32,599 nt of DNA from Candidatus Parcubacteria bacterium (GCA_014378965.1 JACMMR010000031.1:1-32599), one strand, 5' to 3'. Numbered from the stretch's first letter, positions 9,259 through 20,191 are shown. Numbers and translations: made by a program. The notes: generated by a model from the letters alone, not told the origin.

Positions 9259-9939
9259 ATGAACAACAAAAAAATAATAATTTCAATATCGGTATTAATC
9301 GTTTTAATTTTAGCAATAATTTTATTTAATAAAACTGGACCACAAGTTTTACAAAATGATGAAGTTAGTACAGCAACAACATCTACAGCTGGTGGAAAAA
9401 TGGTAGTTGATAACACTATCAAACCCGCAACTATTGTAAATGAACCAAGTACAAATTATGAATATCAAAATGGAGTATTTTGGGGAATAATAAAAAAATC
9501 TGCAATTGCTAATGGAAAATTAATCTTAACTATTGACTTCATACAATCATTTGCCACTCAGAAAGAAACTATTCTTGCAGCCATACAAGATGATGTGTGT
9601 AAATTTCCTTCAAATCAAGGTATAAAAACAAAACAAGAATTTATCAATAAAGTTATGAGCTTAAATGATACTGAGCTCAGTGCCCTTATCTCAAAGACAA
9701 ATTGTTTTCCAAATGGAATAGTATACTATAGAAATGCTAGTGCTAAATTAATAAGTAAAGATGTAGCCTCAAACTTTATCGCTTATTATCCAAAAAATGG
9801 AACTGTTGAAACTACAAATACAGGAAATATGGAGACGTTAAACACCTACGTAAACCTAGTGGGTCCATCGAATCCAAAGTGGCAAATCACTATAAAAGAT
9901 GGAAAAGTGGTGTCATTAAATCAACCATACATAAAATAG
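9259..9939 (+). CDS. Hypothetical membrane-anchored or secreted protein
   Basis: N-terminal hydrophobic helix IIISISVLIVLILAIILF. No recognisable domain. A terminator follows. Confidence 0.6.
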   Translation: MNNKKIIISISVLIVLILAIILFNKTGPQVLQNDEVSTATTSTAGGKMVVDNTIKPATIVNEPSTNYEYQNGVFWGIIKKSAIANGKLILTIDFIQSFATQKETILAAIQDDVCKFPSNQGIKTKQEFINKVMSLNDTELSALISKTNCFPNGIVYYRNASAKLISKDVASNFIAYYPKNGTVETTNTGNMETLNTYVNLVGPSNPKWQITIKDGKVVSLNQPYIK

Positions 9940-9978
9940 TCTTTAGAATTTATAATAATAAGTCAATATAGCTTAGAA

Positions 9979-10006
9979 AAATCACCTATCAAAAGGTGAT
10001 TTTTTC
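9979..10006 (+). terminator. Rho-independent terminator
   Basis: aaatcacct-atcaaa-aggtgattt followed by a T-run. Confidence 0.75.
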
Positions 10007-10067
10007 TTTATACAAACTTTAGGATTTGTTTATCAAGAATTTAACAGTGATTTTGTATGATTTAGGA

Positions 10068-10451
10068 ATGAAAAAAGATTTTGACACATGGAATAATAAA
10101 AAGAAAAATATAGATAAAAAAAAAAGAGATTTAATTTTCAAAGAAGGAGATGTATGGTGGTCACATTTTGGTGTGAATGTAGGAGAGGAAGCCTATGGAA
10201 AAGGTGAATATTTTAGAAGACCTGTGGTTATATTAAAAAATATAACTGAAAATTCCTGTATAGTTGTACCTACCACAACCAAGATTAAAGAAGGAAAAAA
10301 TTTCTTTAAATTTACGTCAAACAATCTATAAAGAAGAGCTATGCTTTATCAGATAAAGTTTATATCTGCGAACCGTCTTTATATGAAAGAGTCTATTATG
10401 GCTCAAAAAGATTTTCTAAAATTAAAAAAATCCTTAGCGAACTTGCTAGGA
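10068..10451 (+). pseudogene. MazF/PemK-family toxin-like gene interrupted by an in-frame TAA (10329-10331)
   Basis: GDVWWSHFGVNVGEEAYGKGEYFRRPVVIL ... CIVVPTTTKIKEG matches the N-terminal two thirds of MazF/PemK. After the TAA, the same frame continues with MLYQIKFISANRL...FLKLKKSLANLLG, which matches the MazF C-terminal strand/helix pattern. Confidence 0.65.
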
Positions 10452-10595
10452 ATTTCTTCATGGTCACCAAGCGGTCAAAACTGTCAATGCTTGGATCATT
10501 GGGTTTCCCCTGATATGTTTCTATCTTATCAAACTCAAAATAATTGTCAAATAGCTCAGTTTTCAGCCTATGAAATCTGTGCTAAACTTGCCACT

Positions 10596-12371
10596 ATGCA
10601 GACATCATTAGAACATAAAAGACATTCCTTGGCGCATGTATTAGCCGGAGCCATATTAAAGCTTTATCCAAATGCTTTGATGACGATTGGTCCTGCCGTA
10701 GAAAATGGTTTTTATTATGATATTGATTTTTCAAAAGATGCTCCAAAAGAAGAAGACTTTCAAAAGATTCAAGATGAGATGCAAAATGTTTTAAAAGCTT
10801 GGGCGACAAACGAACATAGTTTTGTACAGCAAAAAGTTAGTAAAGAAGAAGCTGAAAATATTTTCAAAAATAATCCATACAAATTGGAGCTTATTCAAGG
10901 TGTTGTTGATAGGGGTGAGGAGATAACTTTATACATTTCTGGGAAAGGTACAGAATACGAGTTCACTGATCTTTGTCGTGGAGGTCATGCTGAAAACACA
11001 AAAGAAATTGATGAAGGATCTTTTGCATTGGATAAGATTGCTGGAGCATACTGGAGGGGTGATGAGAAAAACAAAATGCTTGTCCGTATCTATGGATTGG
11101 CATTTGAGACAAAAGAAGAATTGGAGTTATTTATTCATAATCGCGAGGAAGCAAAAAAGAGGGATCATAGAAAATTGGGTAAGGAATTAAAACTATTTAC
11201 TATTTCAGATCTTGTAGGTTCAGGACTTCCTTTGTTTCAACCGAAAGGAACAGTATTAAGACTAGAGCTGGAAAAATATTTATGGTCAATGCATAAAGAT
11301 AAAGGGTATCAACGAGTTTGGACACCGCATCTAGCTAAAGCACAATTGTACGAGGTGTCAGGCCATGGACAGCATTATCTTGATGATATGTTCTCAGTTC
11401 ACGGAGGAACTTCAAAAGAAGATTTTTATCTGAAACCAATGAACTGTCCTCATCACTATCAATTGTTTTTGGATAATCAGTTTTCATATAGAGATATGCC
11501 AATCAAATATTTTGAACCAGCGACAATTTATCGTGATGAAAAAACTGGCCAATTGGCTGGACTAACTCGAGTTCGATCGATCACTCAAGATGACGGACAC
11601 TTGTTTTGTCGTTCATCTCAGATCAAGGAAGAAGTAAATATTATTGTAGATATTATCAAACAATTCTACACGACAATGAATATGATTGATGGATATTGGG
11701 TACGACTTTCAACTCGAGGTGATGAGAAATCAGGGTATCTTGGATCTGATGAAGTGTGGGAGACTGCGGAAAGTGCACTGAAAAATATTTGTGATGAAAA
11801 TAATTTACCTTACAAAGAAGGTAAAAATGAAGCAGCTTTCTACGGTCCTAAATTGGATTTTATGTTTAAAGATGCGATTGGGCGAGAATGGCAACTTGCT
11901 ACAATTCAGCTCGATTTCAATGCTCCAGAAAGATTCGATCTTTCATTTGTAAATGAGAAAGGGGAGAATGAAAGACCTGTTGTTATACACCGTGCAATCT
12001 CTGGATCAATAGAAAGATTCTTAGGGGTTGCTATTGAACATTTTGCAGGATCTTTTCCTCTATGGCTTTCTCCTGTTCAATTAAAGATTATTCCAATTGG
12101 TGAGAGACAACTAGATTTTGCTCATGATATGTTTAAGAAAATAATCAAGACTGATATACGAGTTGAGATAGATCAAAGCAACGAAGGTTTAGGTAAAAAA
12201 GTTCGTGCATCAAAGGTTGAGAAGATTCCGTACTTGGTTGTGGTAGGTGATAAAGAAATTGAATCAAATACATTTTCTCTAGAAGGAAGAAATGATGAAA
12301 AGGTAACAGGATTAAGTTACGAGGAGATGTTAAAATTTTTACAGGATAAGATTGATAGTAAAGCGCTGTAA
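10596..12371 (+). CDS. thrS: Threonine--tRNA ligase (form lacking the TGS domain)
   Basis: Editing-domain motif HKRHSLAHVLA, class II core KPMNCPHHYQ, RVRSITQDDGHLF, HRAISGSIERF, and an anticodon-binding C-terminus. Start set at ATG 10596 (MQTSLEHKRH) because TGCTAAACT lies 7 nt upstream. The ORF-track start at 10341 fuses in MazF-derived sequence. Confidence 0.93.
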   Translation: MQTSLEHKRHSLAHVLAGAILKLYPNALMTIGPAVENGFYYDIDFSKDAPKEEDFQKIQDEMQNVLKAWATNEHSFVQQKVSKEEAENIFKNNPYKLELIQGVVDRGEEITLYISGKGTEYEFTDLCRGGHAENTKEIDEGSFALDKIAGAYWRGDEKNKMLVRIYGLAFETKEELELFIHNREEAKKRDHRKLGKELKLFTISDLVGSGLPLFQPKGTVLRLELEKYLWSMHKDKGYQRVWTPHLAKAQLYEVSGHGQHYLDDMFSVHGGTSKEDFYLKPMNCPHHYQLFLDNQFSYRDMPIKYFEPATIYRDEKTGQLAGLTRVRSITQDDGHLFCRSSQIKEEVNIIVDIIKQFYTTMNMIDGYWVRLSTRGDEKSGYLGSDEVWETAESALKNICDENNLPYKEGKNEAAFYGPKLDFMFKDAIGREWQLATIQLDFNAPERFDLSFVNEKGENERPVVIHRAISGSIERFLGVAIEHFAGSFPLWLSPVQLKIIPIGERQLDFAHDMFKKIIKTDIRVEIDQSNEGLGKKVRASKVEKIPYLVVVGDKEIESNTFSLEGRNDEKVTGLSYEEMLKFLQDKIDSKAL

Positions 12372-12372
12372 A

Positions 12373-13053
12373 ATGAAAACCTATTCAATTGTTGGAAACA
12401 ATGGAGATGAAATCGATAGTATATTTCAAGAGAAGGGTTATATACGAAAAGATACCAACCCAGACTTTGTCATATCATATGGAGGAGATGGAACACTTCT
12501 AAAAGCCGAACACCTGTATCCAACTATTCCAAAATTATTTTTAAGAAATAGTCTGATCGGTAATCTCGGATTCAAGGAATCGAATGAAGAAGTTCTTGAA
12601 AAATTTTTTGCGAACGAGCTAACAATTAAAAAATATTTTAAAATAGAAGCGCTAATAAATAATAAAAAAATAGTTGCAGTAAACGAATTTTCTCTTAAAA
12701 ATAAAAATCCAAGATATAGTATACGGTTCGATGTCTGTGTTAATGATAAAAAAATATTAAATCACATAGTTGGTGACGGTTTGATTACTGCAACACCGAT
12801 AGGATCAAGTGGATATTATCGATCTATTACTAGGTCAACGTTTGAGTTGGGAATAGGGTTGGCATTCAATAACTCTCATGAGCATTTTAATCATATGGTG
12901 TTAATGGAAGATTCTATAATTAAAGTAGTGATTTTACGTGGTCCTGCTTTTTGCTATGTTGATAATCATGAGGATGAAATTATCCTTGAGGAAGGTGATG
13001 AGTTGATGATACGCAAGTCAGATGAAGTTTTACAGATGTTTGTTAAAGAATAA
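12373..13053 (+). CDS. nadK: NAD kinase
   Basis: GGDGT motif (SYGGDGTLLKA) and GDGLITATPIGSSGY. Start at ATG 12373, 1 nt after the thrS stop. Confidence 0.88.
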   Translation: MKTYSIVGNNGDEIDSIFQEKGYIRKDTNPDFVISYGGDGTLLKAEHLYPTIPKLFLRNSLIGNLGFKESNEEVLEKFFANELTIKKYFKIEALINNKKIVAVNEFSLKNKNPRYSIRFDVCVNDKKILNHIVGDGLITATPIGSSGYYRSITRSTFELGIGLAFNNSHEHFNHMVLMEDSIIKVVILRGPAFCYVDNHEDEIILEEGDELMIRKSDEVLQMFVKE

Positions 13054-15369
13054 TTTCTTAGTTATTTCATTTATAATTAAATATCCAAGTGTCACACTTA
13101 TTAATAGTATGATTTGATTCACTGTTAGTGGTACAAGGTGAAATATTGATGCAAAGCCCATAAAAGGCAAGGACACAGCAATTATATAACATACAATCAA
13201 TGCATATTTTAACAAATTTGAAATTTTTGGTGCCTTAAAAATAGATAATTCGGATCGCAATGAATATACTAACGTGAGCTCGGCAAATACTGAAAAGACA
13301 AACCAACCTGTTCTAAGTATAGAAATATCATAATTTCTAAAGAAGTAAAAGAATATAAAATCAAACATCGAGCTTATAGCAGCGAATACCATGATTAAGT
13401 AAAAAAACTTTTTGATCTCAATTTTTACAGGTTTTTTTGTTAATTCATTAGAAATACGATCCGAAATCAAAAACATTAATGGAAGATCAGTCAACAGGTT
13501 ATTTAACAAAATTTGTATTGGTAACATCGGGACTTGCTGCCAAAAAATTACAACAGCAGTGAGGGAAAATAAGGTCCCCATATTTCCTGTCAATGTACAG
13601 ATAAGATATGTTCTTATTTTAACAAAAGCTTGTCGACTTATTTTAACTGCCTCAACTATAGGACGTAAGCTTTTTTCCAGTAAAATAACATCTCCAGATT
13701 GTCTTGCAATATCAGATCCATTACTTACTACAAACCCGATATCTGCACGTCTAAGAGCTAAGGCATCATTTATACCTTCACCTATAAAACCAACTACACC
13801 TCGGCTTATATGTTGATCTATGAGTATTGATTTTTGTTCAGGTTTACATTTTGCATATACAAAATAATTTTTAATCGATTCTGCCTTAGAGTCGCTGTAG
13901 TCTGTCATTGAATAACATAAATCTTTTCCAGCTTCTGGCTTTAAAATATTTCCAATATATTTTGCAACTTCAGGACTATCACCAGTTATAACTTTTACAT
14001 TTACTTTTAATTCATCCTCCAACGTGTGATACGTTGAAATAGCATCCACCTTAAGTGGATCTTCAAATGTGATCATTCCTTCTAAGGTGTACGTTGTATC
14101 ATCAATATTTTTTGAAGCAATTGCTAAAACACGTAAACCTTGAGATTCATACTTTACACAATTTTTTATACATGAATTTTTATCTATATAATTTGTCACC
14201 TGAAGTACTGAAGTATACTGCCCTCTAATTACTTCTTTGGTACCAAACTGAAAAGTCTCATATCCACGCTCTGAATGAAAGGGGGTTACTTTCAATTCAA
14301 TAGACTCTTCATGTGTCGGCAGTTTATTGGCAATAGCGGTATCAAATACTTGCGACATCGGTATTCTTTCATATGTACTATTTGAAATAATACGTAATAA
14401 ATTTTCAAGATTATTGTTATTTATATCAACTATTTCTTTTACTTTCAAACTATTCTCAGTCAAGGTTCCTGTCTTGTCAGTAAAAAAATAATTCATTGTA
14501 CCAAGATTTTCTAACACAGATAATTTTTTTACAATGATTTTTTCTTTTGATAACAATAAAGCTTCACGAGTTAAAATAATTGTTATTACAAGTGGAAGTG
14601 ATTCAGGAATCACACCGATTAACATAGAAATAGAATAGAGAATATATTCAGTAAAGTTCATCCCTTGAGTAAATAGAACATTAATTCCAAAAACTAAAAT
14701 TAAGCAAACAACTGTAACGGCTACAATAGTTTTACTTATAGTTTTAATAAATTTTTCAAAACTATTATTCTTTTTTGTTGCTGAAATTTGTTTAGCATAT
14801 TTCATAAGAGAATTTTCACCCCCAACTGTTATAACTTGACCTACAACATTGCCGGATGTAATCAGTGCACCTGAGTGAAGTTCGGTATTTATTTTTAGTT
14901 CTTTGGGTAAAGTTTCGCCTGTGATAACAGATTCATCTACAAAAACATCAACACAATCTAAAACCAATATATCTACAATAACAATATCACCCGGTCCCAG
15001 TAACAATATGTCATCCAAAACCACATCTGTGTGGACTATTTTTTCGAGCTTACCATTTCGTCTTACTGTCACTGTATGGGAAATCATTTTTTCAAGTAGT
15101 TGTGTACTCTTATTAGCTTTAAATTCTTGAAAAAATCCAATCAATGTGTTTATTGTAGCGATGGAGAAAAAAATTATACTATCTATTTTTTCTCCTAAAA
15201 AGTATGACAGAATTCCGGAAATAATGAGGATTATAAAAAAGAAAGAAAAAACCTGACCCTTTAATATGGTCAAAGCTAATTCTAAGTTTGTTACTTGACG
15301 TGTTTTGTTATTTTTTGTAGACCTTAAGACTTGGTCAGTAGTTAAACCTGTATGAATATCTGTATGCAT
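13030..15369 (-). CDS. Cation-transporting P-type ATPase (P2/P3-like, Ca2+/Mg2+-type)
   Basis: TGETLP, phosphorylation motif DKTGTLTEN, TGDSPEVA, GEGINDALAL, and multiple TM helices. The 3' end overlaps the nadK 3' end by 24 nt (convergent). Confidence 0.92.
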   Translation of the reverse strand: MHTDIHTGLTTDQVLRSTKNNKTRQVTNLELALTILKGQVFSFFFIILIISGILSYFLGEKIDSIIFFSIATINTLIGFFQEFKANKSTQLLEKMISHTVTVRRNGKLEKIVHTDVVLDDILLLGPGDIVIVDILVLDCVDVFVDESVITGETLPKELKINTELHSGALITSGNVVGQVITVGGENSLMKYAKQISATKKNNSFEKFIKTISKTIVAVTVVCLILVFGINVLFTQGMNFTEYILYSISMLIGVIPESLPLVITIILTREALLLSKEKIIVKKLSVLENLGTMNYFFTDKTGTLTENSLKVKEIVDINNNNLENLLRIISNSTYERIPMSQVFDTAIANKLPTHEESIELKVTPFHSERGYETFQFGTKEVIRGQYTSVLQVTNYIDKNSCIKNCVKYESQGLRVLAIASKNIDDTTYTLEGMITFEDPLKVDAISTYHTLEDELKVNVKVITGDSPEVAKYIGNILKPEAGKDLCYSMTDYSDSKAESIKNYFVYAKCKPEQKSILIDQHISRGVVGFIGEGINDALALRRADIGFVVSNGSDIARQSGDVILLEKSLRPIVEAVKISRQAFVKIRTYLICTLTGNMGTLFSLTAVVIFWQQVPMLPIQILLNNLLTDLPLMFLISDRISNELTKKPVKIEIKKFFYLIMVFAAISSMFDFIFFYFFRNYDISILRTGWFVFSVFAELTLVYSLRSELSIFKAPKISNLLKYALIVCYIIAVSLPFMGFASIFHLVPLTVNQIILLISVTLGYLIINEITKKLFFNKHL

Positions 15370-15409
15370 GGCACAATTTTAGCATATAAAAAATCAGAGT
15401 GGGACAATG

Positions 15410-15442
15410 AAAAACCGCCGGTCCCTGAGAGGTCCGACGGTT
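15410..15442 (-). terminator. Rho-independent terminator downstream of the 15459..15896 ORF
   Basis: Minus strand: aaccgtcggacc-tctcag-ggaccggcggtt followed by TTTTT. GC-rich stem with one A-A mismatch. Confidence 0.8.
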
Positions 15443-15458
15443 GTATCCTAAGCTCTTT

Positions 15459-15896
15459 TCAATTGGCAGTAGTAAGAATTGATATCGCCAAATTGTGAGG
15501 AAATGATTGAGAATACATAGCATTACTACCATGAATTCTTTCAATCAATGTGAGGTGTCCTAAATAGATAATCGAATTATGGTCCCCCTGTTGTGCGTCT
15601 TTTGTCATTCTCTTAATCACATCAATTGCACCAGCTTCTGTATATTTTTGTAAAAGTTGCTGCACCCATGTAAACTCTATTGATGAAATTAAAAGTGGCG
15701 AGCGAATTGCATGTGCCAACACTTTCTCATCTTCTATTTTTACGTAATTGATGCTTGTCTTTAATATTGACTGAACCTTAACTCTCTCTATATTACCTTT
15801 AAGTTGAATGAGGAAAATTTCTTCATCTACTGAAAAATAATTTGGTGGCCGGTAATACGGAGGAAAAATTGGCTTTGGTTGAATAAGTGGTTTCAT
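15459..15896 (-). CDS. Hypothetical protein
   Basis: 145-aa ORF followed by a strong terminator. No recognisable motif. Confidence 0.55.
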   Translation of the reverse strand: MKPLIQPKPIFPPYYRPPNYFSVDEEIFLIQLKGNIERVKVQSILKTSINYVKIEDEKVLAHAIRSPLLISSIEFTWVQQLLQKYTEAGAIDVIKRMTKDAQQGDHNSIIYLGHLTLIERIHGSNAMYSQSFPHNLAISILTTAN

Positions 15897-15991
15897 TGTG
15901 GTGTGTGGTTAAGTTTCTACAAAATAATAATACCCCTAAGCCAAAATAAGTCAATAAAACACTGTTGACATATATGCTATAATGGTACTAT

Positions 15992-18694
15992 ATGACACCA
16001 TTAAACAACTTTACAACGCGGGCTAAGGAAGCTATACGACGTGCACATGAACTTGCTATCGAACGAGGGCAAACTAACGTTTCGCCAATGCATTTACTTG
16101 TTTCTTTGTTGACTCAAGAGGATTCTGTGGTTATTTCTATGCTTGAAAAACTAGACGTAGACTATATATTGATGACCGACAACGCTTTTGAGGCTATTGA
16201 TAGTGATTCTACTATTTCAAATACACTTTCTCCAGCTTATCAATTATTCTTAACTCCTGAATTGATTCAGCTTATGGAAAATTCTGGAACGGTAGCTGCT
16301 TTAGTAAAGGATAATTTTGTATCTGTAGAACACTTATTCATTGCATTTTTTGACACATTGAACACCGCCAGAGAATTAATAGAAAAATTTAAAATTGATA
16401 AAGAAAAATGTATTTCTACATTGGAATTTTTACGATCTCAAAAAGATGTTAAAGGGATCGAAGGTACAAATGAATCTAAAAAATCAAAAGCTCTTGCTAA
16501 ATTTACTAGAAATTTAACTGCTCTTGCTCGAGATAATAAACTTGATCCTGTTATAGGTCGTGACTCTGAGATTGCACGAGTAATACAGATTTTATCCCGA
16601 AGAACAAAAAACAATCCTATCTTACTCGGTGAAGCAGGTGTGGGAAAGACTGCAATTGTTGAAGGATTAGCAAATCGTATTGCTATGGGTGATGTTCCTG
16701 AATCTTTAAAAAATAAAGAGTTACTTTCGCTTGATATGGGATCACTTGTCGCAGGTACAAAGTATCGTGGAGAGTTTGAAGATCGCTTAAAAAATATTTT
16801 AAAAGAAATAGACAAATCAGATGGAAAAGTTATTTTGTTTATGGATGAAACTCACACTATAGTTGGAGCAGGTGGTGCTGAAGGATCGCTTGATGCATCA
16901 AATATGTTAAAACCAGCTCTTGCAAGAGGTGAGTTAAAAGCGATAGGTGCAACAACTCTTCGAGAGTACCAAAAACATATTGAAAAAGATCCCGCATTAC
17001 AAAGACGTTTTCAGCCTGTATATGTTGAGGAACCATCAGTCGAAGATGCTACAGCAATATTAAGAGGTTTAAAAGAAAAATATGAATTATTCCATGGCGT
17101 ACGCATATTGGATGAGGCTATTGTTGCAGCCGTTAGTTTGTCAGCTCGCTATATTTCTGATAGACAACTTCCAGATAAAGCAGTTGATCTTATCGACGAA
17201 GCAGCTTCAACATTAAAAATTTCGCTTGAAAACAAACCTCAGGTTATAGAAGAAGCACATAGAAAAATTTTACGACTCGAAATAGAGAAACAAGCACTAT
17301 CAAAAGATCCTGAAAATAAAGACACAAAGACACGTATAAAAAATATTGAAAATAATATAAAAGAAATAAAGGATTCAGTTTCAGATGTGGAAGGAAAATG
17401 GAACGTAGAAAAAGAATTGATAACAGCGATTAAAGATTTGAAGAAAAATATTGAATCTTTAACCCAAGAATCAACAAAGGCAGAAGCCAAAGCTGATCTT
17501 GTCAAAGCTGCTGAGATTAGGTATGGAAAATTACCAATTATGGAAGCTGAATTGGAAAGTAAAATTAAAAAACTTCGTAAACTTGATTCATCAAAAAGAA
17601 TTCTAAAAGAGGAAATTAATGAAGTAGATATAGCTGCTGTTGTTTCCTCATGGACAGGTATTCCTGTTTCTCGCATGCTTGAAGAGGAAATGAAAAAACT
17701 TTCTCGCCTTGAAGAAGTTTTGAAAGGACAAGTTATTGGGCAGGATGAGGCAGTAAAGAAAATATCTGATACTATCAAAAGATCTCGTGCTGGTATACAT
17801 GATCCATCACGTCCACTTGGTTCATTTATATTCTTGGGTCCAACTGGTGTAGGAAAAACTGAGCTAACAAAATCATTGGCAAAGTTTATGTTCAATGATG
17901 AAAAAGCTTTGATTAGAGTTGACATGTCAGAGTATGCAGAACGCCATACTGTTTCAAAATTGATTGGTGCGCCACCAGGGTATGTTGGGCACGAAGATTC
18001 TGGAACGTTGGTTGATAAAGTTAAACATCGTCCATATTCAGTTATATTATTTGATGAGATTGAAAAAGCTCATCCAGAGATATTTAACGTTTTATTACAA
18101 GTATTAGATAACGGTCATTTAACAGATTCAAAAGGTAAAACTGTAAACTTTAAAAATACAGTTATTATTATGACATCAAACATTGGTGCTCAGTATATCG
18201 ATCGAATGCAAGGTATTGGTTTTGCATCATCAAATGATGACCAAGATATATATGCTGGTATAAAAGAAAAGGTGATGTCCTCATTAAAAGATTATTTTAG
18301 ACCAGAATTTTTAAACAGACTTGATGAGATTATATTATTCGATGTATTGTCACATGAGTCTATTAGAAAGATTGTTGATATCGAAGTTAAGAAAGTTCAA
18401 AATAGGCTTCTTGAAAAAGATATTCATCTTGTTTTTAAAGATGCGGTATATGAATTATTGGCTAAGGAAGGGTATAGTCCACAATACGGAGCTAGGCCTT
18501 TGAGACGGCTTATTCAGTCTAAGGTTTTGACACCGTTGGCTTCGATGATGATTGATAAAGGTTTGGTTGCGAATAGACAAGTAGTTATTGATATTGACAA
18601 AAAAGGTGAATTGAGTTTTGAGGATAAAGCTATTTCAACTGGTTCAAATGTTCTTGGGATGAAGGTGAAAAGGGCGAAGGTTGAGAAGAGATAG
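15992..18694 (+). CDS. clpB: ATP-dependent chaperone/disaggregase ClpB
   Basis: Clp N-domain and two AAA+ modules ([18 protein letters not shown]) separated by a long coiled-coil middle domain. [12 protein letters not shown]. Confidence 0.97.
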   Translation: MTPLNNFTTRAKEAIRRAHELAIERGQTNVSPMHLLVSLLTQEDSVVISMLEKLDVDYILMTDNAFEAIDSDSTISNTLSPAYQLFLTPELIQLMENSGTVAALVKDNFVSVEHLFIAFFDTLNTARELIEKFKIDKEKCISTLEFLRSQKDVKGIEGTNESKKSKALAKFTRNLTALARDNKLDPVIGRDSEIARVIQILSRRTKNNPILLGEAGVGKTAIVEGLANRIAMGDVPESLKNKELLSLDMGSLVAGTKYRGEFEDRLKNILKEIDKSDGKVILFMDETHTIVGAGGAEGSLDASNMLKPALARGELKAIGATTLREYQKHIEKDPALQRRFQPVYVEEPSVEDATAILRGLKEKYELFHGVRILDEAIVAAVSLSARYISDRQLPDKAVDLIDEAASTLKISLENKPQVIEEAHRKILRLEIEKQALSKDPENKDTKTRIKNIENNIKEIKDSVSDVEGKWNVEKELITAIKDLKKNIESLTQESTKAEAKADLVKAAEIRYGKLPIMEAELESKIKKLRKLDSSKRILKEEINEVDIAAVVSSWTGIPVSRMLEEEMKKLSRLEEVLKGQVIGQDEAVKKISDTIKRSRAGIHDPSRPLGSFIFLGPTGVGKTELTKSLAKFMFNDEKALIRVDMSEYAERHTVSKLIGAPPGYVGHEDSGTLVDKVKHRPYSVILFDEIEKAHPEIFNVLLQVLDNGHLTDSKGKTVNFKNTVIIMTSNIGAQYIDRMQGIGFASSNDDQDIYAGIKEKVMSSLKDYFRPEFLNRLDEIILFDVLSHESIRKIVDIEVKKVQNRLLEKDIHLVFKDAVYELLAKEGYSPQYGARPLRRLIQSKVLTPLASMMIDKGLVANRQVVIDIDKKGELSFEDKAISTGSNVLGMKVKRAKVEKR

Positions 18695-18907
18695 GATGTG
18701 GTTTTATAAGTAAGGTCAAAAAATAAATTTAAAATTGTGAAAAAAAATAGTAAAAAAGCTATTTTCGTTATAAACCCAGAACATAAAGATTATGATCCAA
18801 GATTGCATTATTTGATACAAAAACATTTAAAATAAAGTATTTTTTTGGTTGAAAATCTTTATCTTGTCTTTATGAGAACTTTAAGACACTTTTGCTAGGA
18901 TTAAGGG

Positions 18908-19723
18908 ATGAAAAAGATTAGAATACAAAATCAAATTATAAGTGTAAATTTGTCAGATATTGGTGATGATTATTTATCACTGACCGATTTGGCTAAGTTT
19001 AAGGATGTAAAATTTCCTGCACGAGTAATCAATAACTGGATGAGGAATAAAAATACTATAGGATTTATAGGTATTTGGGAGAAAATAAATAATATAGATT
19101 TTAAACTACTCGAATTCGAGCAGTTTAAAAAAGAGTCTGGTAGCAATAATTTTTTCATTTCCCCTGATAAATGGATTAAATTAACCAATGCAACAGGTAT
19201 AAGATCATCATCTGGCCGTTATGGAGGCACTTTCGTGCACAAAGATATAGCTTTTGAATTTGCTATGTGGATTAATCCGGAGTTTAAGCTTTTTCTCATA
19301 AAAGAATTCCAAAGACTTAAGAATGAGGAAGGTGAAGTCAAAAATCTAGATTGGAATGTAAAAAGAGCTTTAACAAAAATCAACTACAAAATTCATACAA
19401 ATTCTATAAAAGAGAATATTGTAATTCCTCATAAAATAAAAAACCCGAACCTTACATATGCAAGCGAGGCTGATGTATTAAATATTGCCTTGTTTGGAAT
19501 TACTGCAAAAGATTGGAAACTGAACAATAAAGATCTCGAAGGAAATATGAGAGATTATTCAGATATAAGTCAGCTTATATGTTTATCAAATCTTGAGGTT
19601 TTGAATAGTGAATTTATTAAGTCCAGACTTACTCAAAAGGAAAGATTGATAAAGCTGAATGAAATAGCTATTTCTCAAATGAGATTACTGGCGAGCAATA
19701 ATACCATTAAGAAACTTGTGTGA
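18908..19723 (+). CDS. KilA-N domain-containing protein
   Basis: DYLSLTDLAKFK...NWMRNKNTIGFIGIWEKINN...GRYGGTFVHKDIAFEFAMWINPEFKLFLIKEFQRLK matches the KilA-N family pattern as recalled. Confidence 0.85.
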   Translation: MKKIRIQNQIISVNLSDIGDDYLSLTDLAKFKDVKFPARVINNWMRNKNTIGFIGIWEKINNIDFKLLEFEQFKKESGSNNFFISPDKWIKLTNATGIRSSSGRYGGTFVHKDIAFEFAMWINPEFKLFLIKEFQRLKNEEGEVKNLDWNVKRALTKINYKIHTNSIKENIVIPHKIKNPNLTYASEADVLNIALFGITAKDWKLNNKDLEGNMRDYSDISQLICLSNLEVLNSEFIKSRLTQKERLIKLNEIAISQMRLLASNNTIKKLV

Positions 19724-19770
19724 TAAGCCTCATTTGCCTTTTAACCCAAAAAAAGATATATTGTACATAC

Positions 19771-19856
19771 GCGCAGATGGCGGAGTGGTCAATCGCATCT
19801 GACTGTAAATCAGACGCCTTCGGGCTACGTAGGTTCAAATCCTACTCTGCGCACCA
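19771..19856 (+). tRNA. tRNA-Tyr (anticodon GUA), long variable arm, CCA encoded
   Basis: Acceptor GCGCAGA/TCTGCGC, anticodon loop CTGTAAA, T-arm GTAGG-TTCAAAT-CCTAC, 3' ACCA. Confidence 0.92.
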
Positions 19857-19882
19857 AATTAATAAATAAATTTGAAAATAAT

Positions 19883-20047
19883 ATGCCACAAAAGAAAATC
19901 GTTAAATTAAGACATAAAAAATCAGGACACGTTATCGTTATGAGAAAATCTGGAAAACCAGGTTCTTCGACTATGCCAAAACTTAAGCTGAAAAAATATA
20001 ATAAAGTTACAAGAAAGAGAGAAATTTTCGAGGAAGCAAAGAGATAA
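19883..20047 (+). CDS. rpmG: 50S ribosomal protein L33 (Cys-less type)
   Basis: 54-aa ORF absent from the ORF track (under 60 aa): MPQKKIVKLRHKKSGHVIVMRKSGKPGSSTMPKLKLKKYNKVTRKREIFEEAKR. The L33 C-terminal pattern kLeLkKY-x-h-x-e-K is present, and the gene sits in a tRNA-flanked context. Confidence 0.8.
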   Translation: MPQKKIVKLRHKKSGHVIVMRKSGKPGSSTMPKLKLKKYNKVTRKREIFEEAKR

Positions 20048-20119
20048 CCTCAATTGTAAAATTGTGCTACAAAAAAACATTTGCCTGTGCTACTATAAGT
20101 TCAGGTTTTTATGTTAAAT

Positions 20120-20191
20120 GGGTCCATAGTTTCAATGGTAAAACATCGCACTCCAAACGCGAGGTTCTAGGTTCGAGTCCTAGTGGGCCCG
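20120..20191 (+). tRNA. tRNA-Trp (anticodon CCA)
   Basis: Acceptor GGGTCCA/TGGGCCC, anticodon loop CTCCAAA, T-arm with TTCGAGT loop. Confidence 0.88.

Noticed and set aside
10341-10595. ORF-track N-terminal extension of thrS (start at 10341)
   Set aside because: The first ~37 aa match the C-terminus of the MazF-like pseudogene. The next ~48 aa are Cys/Gln-rich and look non-coding. ThrRS homology begins at MQTSLEHKRH (10596), which has its own extended -10 element 7 nt upstream.
13030-13053. 24-nt convergent overlap of the nadK and P-type ATPase 3' ends
   Set aside because: This is ordinary gene packing in a compact genome. No structure or signal is associated with it.
18737-18835. 32-codon GTG-initiated ORF (VKKNSKKAIFVINPEHKDYDPRLHYLIQKHLK) upstream of the KilA-N gene
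   Set aside because: No promoter or start context like that of the other genes and no recognisable motif. It cannot be distinguished from a chance ORF.
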